From Cladosporium halotolerans (Eukaryota), in the NCBI RefSeq assembly GCF_011745625.1, contig NW_027191472.1, forward strand, positions 186,001-250,000: a DNA stretch of 64,000 nt. Reading direction: 5' to 3'. The translations under genes were made by a program, and so were the position numbers. The notes under the pieces were generated by a model, which saw nothing but the letters and a program-made list of their open reading frames with translations, was not told where the DNA came from and searched no databases. Positions 32,160 to 43,265 of the stretch are shown here, piece by piece; positions within the stretch are counted from its first letter, which is position 1, and the number at the start of each line of letters is the position of its first letter.

Positions 32160-33632
32160 ATGGCCCAAGCCTTCCTCGCCACCCACGGCATTGACCTAGA
32201 CGCCGAATTGCACCGCCTGCAAGCCGATCCGAACAATAGCAATGAGAATCCTCAAACATCGCCTGAAATAAGAAGCATCACCAACGCCATCCTTCCCGGC
32301 ACAGCCCACCCCTCAACCCTAACCCTCACCTCCTCCACCATAACCTCCATCAACCCCTCCAACCCATCACAACAAGAAAAAAGCCCACCCCCGTCCCAAC
32401 CCCTCCCCCAATCCACCCTCACCTCCCCGCACCCAACCCTCCTCGCCCCCTCCCTCTGCCACCCGCACATCCACCTCGACAAACCCTACCTCCTCTCGCA
32501 CCCGCGCTTCGCCGCCGCCCAAATTCTCCGCGAAGGCACCTTCGCCGAAGCAATGGCGCTCACCTCGGCCGCCAAACGCTCTTTCACGCGCGCGGACCTG
32601 CTTCAGCGCGGACAGCGCCTGCTGGACGAGAGCGCTGCCGCGGGCGTCACGCACGCGCGGGCGTTTGTGGAGGTTGATGGGGTCGTTGGGACGAAGTGTC
32701 TAGAGGCGGGGCTGGAGCTGAAAGCGGGCATGGAGGGGAGGCTGAGGGTGCAGGTATGCGCGTTTGCGCAGGAGGCGCTGTTTTCGGGGTCGGAGGGGGA
32801 TGAGGATGGGGGGAAGGGGGTTGTGAGGGCGTTGATGGAGGAGGCGGCTGTCAGGGAGGAGGTCGAGGCGCTGGGGAGCACGCCGTATGTTGAGGGTGAT
32901 CGGGGGAGGATGGAGAGGAATGTGGAGTGGATGGTTGAGTTGGCGGTTGAGACGGGGAAACATTTGGATTTTCACCTGGATTATAATCTTGATGCGGGCA
33001 AGGAGGCGCTGGTGTGGTTTGTGGTTAGGACGTTGAGGGGGAAGGGGTGGAGGGAGAGGAATGCTGGGAAGACGGTGGTGTTGGGGCATTGTACGCGGTT
33101 GAGTCTGTTTACGGATGACGAGTGGAGGAGGTTGAGGGACGAGATTGGCGATTTGCCGGTGAGTTTTGTGGGCTTGCCAACGAGCGACTTGTTTATGATG
33201 AGGACGCCGGAGAGGACGAGAGGGACGCTGGATGTGCCCAGAATGATTAAGGAGTATGGACTGAATGCTTGCATTGGTGTCAACAATGTTGGGAATGCGT
33301 TCACGCCGCAGGGAAGCTGCGATCCGTTGGCCTTAGCCTGCAGTTGTATCGGGGTGTACTCGGCGGGTCTCCAGGCGGACGCGGAGATGCTGTATGAGTG
33401 TGTCAGTACGAGAGCTAGGAAAGCAATCGGATTTGGCAGGGTTGATGGAGAGAAGCCGGAGGATTCGAGGGTCGACACGGCAATTCATGAAGGCGACAAG
33501 GCAGATTTGCTTCTGTTCGGTTCTGATAAAGAGGAGTGGAGAACGCGGGCTTCAGTCAGCGAAGCCATCTACCTACACGACCAGGGCAGAGGGAGACGCG
33601 CCATGCTTGAAGGACGCCTGGCCAATGAGTAA
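32160..33632 (+). CDS. Metal-dependent amidohydrolase, cytosine-deaminase-like
   Basis: LAPSLCHPHIHLDK (HxH metal motif), GVTHARAFVEVD, QVCAFAQ, DFHLD, LGHCT, GLPTSDLFM and GVNNVGNAFTPQG.CDPL. First ATG at 32160. Confidence 0.88.
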   Translation: MAQAFLATHGIDLDAELHRLQADPNNSNENPQTSPEIRSITNAILPGTAHPSTLTLTSSTITSINPSNPSQQEKSPPPSQPLPQSTLTSPHPTLLAPSLCHPHIHLDKPYLLSHPRFAAAQILREGTFAEAMALTSAAKRSFTRADLLQRGQRLLDESAAAGVTHARAFVEVDGVVGTKCLEAGLELKAGMEGRLRVQVCAFAQEALFSGSEGDEDGGKGVVRALMEEAAVREEVEALGSTPYVEGDRGRMERNVEWMVELAVETGKHLDFHLDYNLDAGKEALVWFVVRTLRGKGWRERNAGKTVVLGHCTRLSLFTDDEWRRLRDEIGDLPVSFVGLPTSDLFMMRTPERTRGTLDVPRMIKEYGLNACIGVNNVGNAFTPQGSCDPLALACSCIGVYSAGLQADAEMLYECVSTRARKAIGFGRVDGEKPEDSRVDTAIHEGDKADLLLFGSDKEEWRTRASVSEAIYLHDQGRGRRAMLEGRLANE

Positions 33633-34204
33633 GAAACGTTGAACAGGGTTCTTCACGGGAATGAGATGGGTCGGTAGCTAGTCGAACGATCGAGACCCGC
33701 CCCGCCTGTTCCAAGATGAGGACTCGTTGATCACGAGAGGCCAGGGAGCCAAGTTAGACCGATACAAGGCGTCGGCCTCTGTCTGGCCGAAAGTCATAGC
33801 TCGGTGGTGTGGGTTAGCAGTGCATTCCCGAAGTTGACCCTGCAATGGTACCGCGCTCAGCTCGACCCGGAAAGGGAATGCTGTACTCGAAAGTATGAGA
33901 TGTGCTGGACTGGAAATATTGAGAGACGATAAAATGACTTAAATGACCCGGTCTATAGTGGTATCAGACTAAAAAGTGCCAAATGTAAAGAAACCCGAAA
34001 TGAACGCCAACTCAGGGACAACGTCGCCCTCTTGGGTGCTGTTTTACTGCAAGCCCGATTCGCTAGTAAAAAGTACGTTTGCAGTATCCCAAACTCCGGA
34101 AAATGCAAGATCAATGTGACAATTCAGCTCCCTGGCTCCGGCTTGTCGGTCTCTGTCGGCCGTTGATGCAAATAAGAAAATCCAGATGGAGGGAGCGAAG
34201 CAGA

Positions 34205-35506
34205 TCAGTTCTTTGGAACGTTGTTCATGGTCCAATTTCCGAACCAGTCCAATACGACAGCTGTGAAGTCCAGGCCGTCGAAAGCACAAATGTCATGGTT
34301 ACGCTGAGAATCCGAATTGTTTTGTGTGGCATCAGGCCAGCAGTGGTCGAGATCGGGGATGTAGATGCCCTTTACGATGTCGTCGTAGCCGTCGCACGAG
34401 TACGTTGACACGTTATAACCATCGTGCTCGACAACAGAGGGATCGGCACTCTTTTTGCAACCATCGCGTCTGGCCCACCAGCCCAGCCACTCTGCGATGT
34501 CTGGGGAGTCGCCGCCAACGCCGTTGTCCCCGCCTTCGTAAGGAACAGTCTTGTCTTCACCACCATGAGACTCAAGGATAGCGCGGCTTTTACTGCAACC
34601 TCCTTTGGGCTTGTAGCTCAGGTCACTGTACAGCGCGGCTGCGGCCATGGCAAATGCGGCGAAGGGGTCGCCCTCATCCGAGCAAGCGAGCATGTCGACG
34701 AAGCCACCACCATTGGACTTGCCACTTGCGTAGATACGGTCTTGATCGATGCAGTAGTCGTTGTTGATGTGCTCGAGAAGATCAGTGACGAATTGGAGAT
34801 CGTTTGCATCCTTGTCGGCGTAGAATGCACTCTCCCATTTGCCACCCATGCCTTCGGGGTATACGACAATGTAGTCGTCACCGCGAGGATCAGCATAGTA
34901 CATGGAGTTGTTGTACTGGTTGTCGGCATCACGGCTGGCTCCGTGGAAGTCCAGAATCAAAGGCCAGGGCTCAGATTTCTTGTCGTTGTAGTGAGAGGGA
35001 ACGTCGATGGTGTAGTAGCGGTTACTGCCACTGGACGTGATGTTGTGGTTGGACATGTCATCGCTGTATCCAACAGAGTGCGCAGTTCCACAGCCAGGCG
35101 TCATGGTTTTGGTAGGTGTAGAGCCAGATGAGGTCGAAGTTGGTGAGCCTGATGATCCTGAACCAGAGCCAGATCCAGAGTTGGAACCAGACGAGCCGGA
35201 TGAACCGTCGGAATTTGAACCATCACCCTTCGGTACCAATGCTGCTGGCAAAGCAATGACAAGAACGACAGCAACCAGAATAGAGGAGAGGATCGCCAGA
35301 CGAGTAATGGGTCTGTTCCACAGTCTAGACATGAGCGAGGGTTTTCCGGCAGCCGCGGGGGCCCCTGCGGCCTTGAGATCCTCGTCAGACATCATCTCGA
35401 ACGCGGCGACTCTGGTAAGGGGTTAGCAATGAGAGGCCTAGGTTTGGTCATGGGATGCTCGAGAAGATATCTCCACCAACCTTTTCCCGTCCTGGTTGGC
35501 AGGCAT
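34205..35506 (-). CDS. Carbohydrate esterase family 1 / feruloyl esterase-like alpha/beta hydrolase with an N-terminal membrane anchor (exons 35506-35481, 35411-34205)
   Basis: PLILDFHG, VVYPEG, YCIDQDRIYASGKSNGGG (GxSxG), HGGEDKTVPY (Asp) and LDHCWP (His). Hydrophobic LAILSSILVAVVLVIALPAALV followed by a G/S linker. Intron 35412-35480 (GTTGGT...GCTAAC...CAG). Confidence 0.87.
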
Positions 35507-38435
35507 GGTGACGACTCAGGACGCAGACGTTCAGCCCGGGCGGAGCAGCGGACGGGCCGATACAAAGGAGCAGTATAGCGAGCGTGATGTGGCAGGGCAC
35601 GCGCGCATATGGAGGGCGAGCAAGAGGTGTGGGATGTGTTGACGATGGCCGCCGGGGGACTGGAGAATTCACAGGCCAGAGGTGATGCACGCTGGGCGCT
35701 CCGCCGGGCGTTTGCGCGTCGCGGGCGGAAAGCCGAAACGTTGAACTACGAGCGACGATCGTCGCGACACGCGCACACACACCCCCCGAGCCGCCCCTTG
35801 GCGACGTCAGTGAGACATCGGCCCTCGCTGCTGGACCAGGGCTGCGAGCGCTGGAAAGCAGGCGATTGGGCACATTTTCAGCGTGCCCACCCAAGCCACG
35901 GACGATGGGGCGCGATGTGCTCTATCTCGGACCTGGAGTCGGCGGAGTCAGGAGCGGCTGTGGCGTCCTCCAGGGGGATGCTGCGGGTGTCTCTGGCGGC
36001 CCGGGCGGCGTAAATTGCATGCATGCGCTGGCGGTGTCATCAGGTTGTCTACATGGTGATGGACGCCGATTGTCACAGTACGCGCACTCGCGACAGCCCC
36101 CAGGTCGGGCGCTCGACGCGCACGCTTGTCGTCGGGGGCCTGACAGCAGCCCGGCGCGATGATCTGTATCTTCAGGCGCGCGACCCACTCGAGGGCGATG
36201 CGCAGCAGGCTAGATAAAGATGGCGAAAAGTGTGATGGGTAGGGCAAATCCTGTAAACCCTGCGGACTGCCGAATCCTTCTCTTCCTCCCAGGCACATCC
36301 GGCGGCTCTGCGGGTCGCGCGGCGCCTCCCGCTAGCGTGGCCGTCTGTTTCACGTCTCCTGCTCAGGATCCGCCCTGTGGATTGGCAGCTATTATTCTTA
36401 GACACATCACGCCACCGTGTCACATGTGCCTACAACAATTGTATATCATCCCTGCATGCTACATGGGCTGTATCCCCTCCTTGCAGTGAGACAGCCACTT
36501 CTTCTATCTGGCACGGCCAGCCGTGTCTCAACAACACCTCGATGGTCCCAGCAGTCCGCCTCGGCCGCTGTCAGCAAAGCTCCAAGCACACCACAACGCC
36601 TGCCACGCGACTCAGGTAGCGTCGCGCCGGCCCTGGTGTAACCTCGCAGCCATTTCGACCGACGCAAGAAATTTGCCCACCTTCTTTTCTTGATTCGACC
36701 TCACTCCATCCACGCCTCTCAACAAACCCTAGATCCTCCCTCCGCGCTCCGCTCCGCCCCTCCCCGTGGAGCTACATCCTTCCGGTCTGCCGGTGAAGAG
36801 GCTCACGCCGTAATCTGATCAACCGCGATCTACCGAATGTATTTCTCCAGCGTCGACCGGGGCCGAAGCACGTCAATTCCTACACGTACCTCTGCTTGCT
36901 GGTCGGCGCCATGCCCAACGTCCTTCCCAATCCGCAACTTGTCCGAAGGTTTGCCGTATAAAAGTGCCCACCTACCCAAACTTGCTCACTCCAGTTCATG
37001 CCGGTATCCGGCATCGCACCTTGCCCAAGGTGACAATCCGAACACTTACCGATGCACGACACCTCCATGGTGCTGCCACGCCGATCTGCCTGAAGAACGT
37101 TTTATCACGACTGCCTGCCAATGATGAGTGCCTTTTGGACACGTGATGCATTAGCAAAGACACGATGCCAAAGATCCGTGGATCTTGATAGCATGCACCA
37201 TGCCGATACCCGCTTCTCGTTCGATGATTGACAGACCGAGTCCGCTCTGCCTCGCAAACGACTACCTTATGCTTCTAGCATACAATTTTAGCTTCTACAA
37301 AGGTTATCACGTATGTGAGGCTTATGAGTCGTATCCCTGGATGGCATTCGAGGCATTACAGAGCCCCAAGCGTCCTTCGATCATTTGTCAAGCTTCTGAT
37401 GCTTCAGAAGAAGAGTCTGGTAGCTGACCCTAGACGCCGTGGAGGCATTGCGGGTCATCCGCAGATTGCCGTGGGAGTCATGTATCCCATTCGTCTGGTA
37501 ACTAGCGTCGGGTCTCAAAGGCCCTAAGCCGACGAGATCTGCTCTGCCGTGAATGCCGCGGTCATGCCTGGGACGAAGCTCAACAACCTCGATGTTGATG
37601 TCCCAAGCACCCTTCCGCTATCTTGACTTGTGAATTCACTGTGATCGCCCTCTCCTTTGGCCTCCTTTGCTGATCTTTTATCTGAATCGCGCGATGCTGT
37701 AAGGGGTTGAGGTCGTGCAGTGTAGATCGCAAAGCACGCGCAAGCAAACAGGTCGCCTCTCACGACGGTTCTTCATGTTGTATGAGCACAGCTAGTCGCT
37801 CTATCATGTAGCACATCTCGCAGTGCCAACGTTAGGTCAACGAAATAATTTCTAAGTAATCATTAGAACCTTGTACGCTTTGATCAAAATTACCTTGCTC
37901 CCACAGACTTGCGAAACCTTCGGTGTGTGGTTATCAGACGCGGAATTGCCCCGCACCCTGGATCCAAGTTTAACCTCACTTCACCAGTCGCTTCTTCGCG
38001 TACACCTACAGGCCACCAACCATTTCATCACAGTGACAACGCCACTGTCATTGATTTACTTGTGACGAGGCTTCTATATTCTATGCGCTGTGTACTTGTT
38101 CATCTTGCGCTGCCAGGTTGGTTCCTGTGGCGCCGCATTTACCATCACGACCAACTGGCATGGTACCGCAGTAAAGTTGCCTTACCAGCGCCAGTGTTCT
38201 TTTTGCTCGGACCACGATCTCAATGTTACAGATCAATGCGCTGCCAAAAATGCCTGTGAACACATTATGCAACGCTCCATTTGAACCGGGCGACCGCGCT
38301 CAATAGCGCACCAGCCTACATTGCCACACCATTTTTCACACGCGTCCTTTGCACTGCTCAGGATAAATCTCACAATAAAGCTCCTTAACAGCCACTTCTC
38401 AAAGGCCAAAAGGAAGAGAGAAAAAAACAGTGATT

Positions 38436-38606
38436 AAAAAAAAAAAAAAAGTGGTGGCCAGCTCCGAACGGCCCAATCCCAATCCAGAGACCCTTCTCGA
38501 CGAGGAGGGGATTCGAACCCACACGTCTTCCCCAACTCGCGGACTCTTAGGTGCAAAGATATCGCACAGCCTAGCTGGGTCGCTCTAACCGCTGAGCTAC
38601 ACCTTC
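38436..38606 (-). ncRNA. tRNA-like RNA polymerase III element (pseudo-tRNA or tRNA-derived ncRNA/SINE-like) with ~45-nt trailer and T15 terminator
   Basis: The minus strand carries A box TAGCTCAGCGG, D-arm GCTC/GAGC and B box GGTTCGAATCC. Acceptor and T stems are mismatched and there is no canonical anticodon loop. A15 on the plus strand at 38436-38450. Confidence 0.7.
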
Positions 38607-40083
38607 TCGAGGACGCCAAGAAGGTTTCCTGTTTCGGAATGACGGTGTAGGGAGTTTTGCGTTTATCTAGGTTAAAGGGGGCGATGGGGGTCATGTGACT
38701 TTAGGTGAGCTGCGAAGGGGACTTAGGCGTTTCGTGGCTGCCCCGTTGCATTGTCGACTCGCCGGGGCGTTGTATTGCTGCCTTAGCAACTCATGTGATT
38801 TGAGGTACTGTTCAATTGGGATGTTAGTGAGGTTGATGTATCACTTCGCAATACGGTCGCTTTGCAGTATGATGTGTAGCTAATTGTCTGCCACTTTAAT
38901 TGATCTTGTTGTTATGCGGCCTTCCCACGTCTTAGCCACAACCATGCTGACCGGGACAAGACGCTTCAACACGCATACCTATTCCCACAAGCTCCATGAA
39001 CTGCGCCAGACATGTAAACGATAGATCGATAAGTGCACATGCTCAGTGTTCTCCCCACGTTAAATGTCGTTCTACCTGGTCCTCGCTTACGTTAGTAGTC
39101 TCTCTCCCGCTCTACGCCAACTGCAAAAGTCCTCGAGCCTCCAAATATGCTTGCGCCTCTCGACCTCTCCTCTGTCAAACATGCGCTGGCGGCATCAGCT
39201 CCGCGACATCTCGACTCGACCGCTACCCTTGGCCAGCCACCAACTGCAAACATACCACCGCGGACACGATGGCGTCAATTGCATAGATCCGATCCATACG
39301 TACAACCGATTGTTGCCAACGAACAGCCACGAACCACCTTATGAACCGACAACCAGAGAGAAAAGGAGACGCGCACCAACTCCACACGATATTGTCTCGG
39401 ATTGCAATGATTGAATTTGCGGAAGAGCTTTGTCGCATACTTTGGATGTCCCCGAACCTTTTTTCTGACCGACGCCGCCGAAACATCACGCGACAGCCAG
39501 CAGATGACCTTCAGCATTCGGAAAGCGCGTTGAAACACCATCAAGGATGCAGTACTCGAGGCGGACCAGGCTTTTAGCACTCATGGTTCGATGATTCGCG
39601 ATCAAGCAGGTCAGAAGCTCACTCACAATCGTTCAAAAAACACAGAAGATTACGGTCAGGCTCAAAAAAAGCGCGGAAACCATGTTTATCTAGTCAGAGG
39701 GCCTTCAAGACGGACGCGAACATCGAAGTAGTGCCTCCTATGGCATACGGCAGAGACTCTACGTCGATTTGGAGAATGACGTGGCGTAGAACTTCTCTCG
39801 ACGGTCGAGACCTGGGGATGATTGCAACAGAAGGAAAAAAGTCAACAATCCAATGCTTCGCTTTCGTGCTGGCTCAGGCAATAACATATACAACAATGCC
39901 TCATGACGCCGCCATATCGGCCCTCCTGTGGAACGGTGAAAGCGCAAGTACCACTCCGACGCACATGAAATAGACGGCTCGCGTGTGAAACGTACGATCT
40001 TTTGCATCGAGCGACAATCTGAGCTACACGCCGAGTAACAGAAGAACCTCCAGTCTAGCCTCTGGGCAGTAATTCCGAACATT

Positions 40084-41999
40084 CTATTTCTCATGAGGCC
40101 TATCCTTGACCGGCAACTCTGGTATTTTGCTTTCCGCGCCCATTTCGAACACTTGCACCTGCCGCGCCTCGACTTCCTGCAGCTCCATTGGAGACTTGCT
40201 CAAATACGGCACGCCCTCTTCGAACGGAGAATACTGTAGCATGGGAGACTTGACCGCTTGCGCAGCCGACTCGTCCCAGCGGCGTTGCTTTCGTTTCCGG
40301 AGGAGGAACCATATCGCAGCGGCGACGATCGCCAGACCTACGATAGCGCCGACCACGATGCCGGCGATGGCACCTCCAGACAATGCTGCAGAAGAGCCGT
40401 CTTCGGGATACGACTGGTTTGACGAGCTTGTTCTGCCCTCACGAGCTGGCAACGCTTTCAAAGTACTGGCCCACGAACTCTCCCAGCTCGGCGGGTTCTT
40501 TGCTGGCGTCAGCGTAGTATCCATGTGTCCAATCTTTTGCACGCTCGCGCTTAAGAAGTCTGGTCCGGGTGCTTGAGCGAGGAAGAGTTTGTTCGTCTGC
40601 CAGTTCTGAGCCAGGAAGGCGGATTGCAAGAACGCGTTGCCGAGCGTGTAGCCTGTAGTGTCTGGTGTCCATCCCTTGCACGGGAAATACTGTGTTGCCG
40701 TGCTCACGATTGGAGAGGTGAGAGTAAGGTTCAGTAGCGCAAACGGCACGCCGATTGTTTTTTCTTGACCGTCGTCGGAAGCAAAGGTGAAGTCCAGGTG
40801 ATGGGGCGATGATACGATCTCTTCGTATGTCGAGTCGTCAGTGTCCCACAGATACAGACCGAGCTCGCTGTTGTAGGTGACCGGTAAATGGTATGCAATG
40901 GCGTCACAGGTGTCCTGCGGAAGGTACAGATGTGGAACTCCGGGTCTAAGGTGAACTTCCAGGCTGCTTACAGAACTTCCGTTGGCACTGAGCCGGCTCG
41001 GTACGTAAGCGGAAACGGTGTTAAAATAGGCGTAGCCACCGGTGGTTACGTTCATGGTAATCCCACGAAGTTCAACAGTGTCGGAACTGGAGACTATCGG
41101 ATCGGAGAGGCAGCGCGACATGTCGTAACCTCCTAGCACAAGGCTACTGGTGATGTTTGGTTCAACAGAGCCTATGTGCAAACCGTAAGACATTGAAGGC
41201 GCCAACCCTTTCTGGTAAGCTTGAGGTAGGGTGAGATTGGAACGGACGGTGGTGCCATTTGCAGCTTCGTACTCTAGTGTGTCTTCAGCGCCATATAGCG
41301 AGAACTTGTCTTGGTTAGCTTTGAGATATGGGCAGCGTAGCAACTCTTCTTTGAAGGCGAGCGAGAGGCCAGCCGTGTCAAGGGTACTTACAAAACCGAC
41401 GTTCATCGTATACCCTGTATCAGGAGAGTACCTCACTGAGTAGTCCTCAGATACACTCATGGTATGATAGTCGAGATACGCTGGATTAGCAGTGCTTTCG
41501 CCATGATACATGGTCATGCGCTGTTGGATATGCCTTCCCGAGCCGTCAAGGCTTAATAAAGCTGCGTAGTCTGGATCCCATGCTGCACCGTCAATGAGAT
41601 CGCTTTGCGTGCGTAGTCCTCCACTGTACGCGTAGGCACCGCTAGCTGTCCACATGTCCGGAATAGGAAGCTGACAGGCCGCCGTCTGGCTGCGACATGC
41701 GCTAGCATTGACGGTGAGTGAAGTCCGGGAGACGGACGGCAGCATTGGCAGGTACTGTTCCGGAAAATCAATGGGTTGTGATATGTACCACCATGGTCCT
41801 AAAAGACTTGGTTAGTACGGCGGTCAAAACAAATGGAGATGGCATTACCGTCTGATCCAGAAGATGCATTATTGACCATTGCCATAGGGTAAGGCTGGGC
41901 GTCATGGTTGATAGTGTCTTGAGCGGCAGTGGCTGTCCATTGCAGAGCAAAAGACACCACGCAGGCGAAGATCCAGATCGTTCTTGACGGCGAGCCCAT
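40084..41999 (-). CDS. Pepsin-like (peptidase A1) fold single-pass membrane protein, probably non-catalytic; 2 exons
   Basis: Signal peptide. An intron (GTAATG...TACTAAC...TAG, about 41799-41848) joins GSDG|PWWYISQPIDFPEQ. Motifs SMSYGLHIGS, SLVLGGYD, YTLGNAFLQSAFL and LFLAQA. TM segment LSGGAIAGIVVGAIVGLAIVAAAIWFLLRKRK. Confidence 0.85.
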
Positions 42000-43265
42000 C
42001 GCAAATGCCAATTTCTAGAACTCTCTAGTGAGACTCCCCAGTCGTAGTCTTTCTCTGTGACCTTCTCCGCCACTGCCTTGAGATGCGGGAGAGGGCGCTC
42101 GCGGAACGGGGTGGAGGAGAGGCCGTGACACCTTCAGTTCTTTGGACTTTGAACCGGTTGGATCATAGCAAGCACTAGCGATTGAGCAGGAGTTCTCGGA
42201 CGCTACCTATATTTGGTAAGTAGGGAGTGAAGAGTGAGGAGACGACTTGGGTGTAATCATACGTTCCAGGCCACAGGACTCACAGTATTCCCTGTAGCCG
42301 CTGTAAATACACTTACAGTAGCCTTGAATGGGAAGCCATTCACGATAAGTTGCATAACACCAGTAGACAACCTGCCGTCAAGAACCCACCCGGCGCGTAG
42401 ATGCTTGCATCGCTCGAGCCAGCACGCCTGGTGATAGGTCGAATTGCTCGCCCATGCAGTCAAGCGCTAATCGATTGGCCACATTGAGAGAATCCTTCGG
42501 TTTCGGAATCGAAGACCGCTGCAACTAATTGCAACCGAGATTGCGCGTACTGGAGAGCATCCTGTGTCCCCGGCAGCTGCGAAATCGGCCGTACATGGTC
42601 ATCTCGCCGGTATAGACCAAAGCCGCCGTTGTCTGGACCTGAGGACACACACAATCAATTACTTGCCGCGATCATATTGCCCGCACAAAGTGGATATCTC
42701 AGAATCTAGGACAGGTGTGTACGGTAGACAGGAATAGATCTCGAAGCGCCGTGATACATTGACTGCATGGCGCTAGGGCAGCCCATGACGCAAGGTCACA
42801 CAAGCCGAGTGCACAGTGCTTTTGCACCCTTTATTGTCGCTTCTGGTATCCGAGACTTATCAATAATTGTCAATGATAATGACCATCTATAATGTCTGTT
42901 GGCCTTATTAATGGCGAACGTGAAGCGTTGGAATTCAATGAGTGCTTTTCAGACCCTACATTGCGTCTCGGAACCAGCACAAAATCGTCCAGCGATCTTC
43001 ATCCATCGAATTTCATGCGAGCCGTCGACGGATTAGAACGCATAGTGCTACCGAACGGGGATTACGATGAATTTCCATTAGGCACCAGTGTGGCAGAGAA
43101 CTCACCTCCACGGCGGTAACGAATTTGGTTCATGATGAACAGAATGCTGAATGCGGTTGCCTAAACGTCCCATAAGCGACTGTGACTAGGCTGCCATCCC
43201 TCTAGTTGTTTGCGTCGAGTCCCCGTCTGGAGCTCAATGACATCTGATAACGCCAGAACTCCAAG

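Noticed and set aside
36950..40080. Numerous 60-116 aa ORFs in the gene-poor interval around the tRNA-like element
   Set aside because: No recognisable motifs, codon bias or splice-supported gene model; cannot support a CDS or a transposon relic by eye.
42230..43120. Short ORFs (e.g. 42892-43119, 42460-42654) between the pseudo-protease and GT31
   Set aside because: Short and without recognisable homology; probably the divergent promoter region.
43242..43250. ATCTGATAA immediately upstream of the GT31 start codon
   Set aside because: Single copy only 16 bp from the ATG and no iron-related function; about one chance hit is expected per window.
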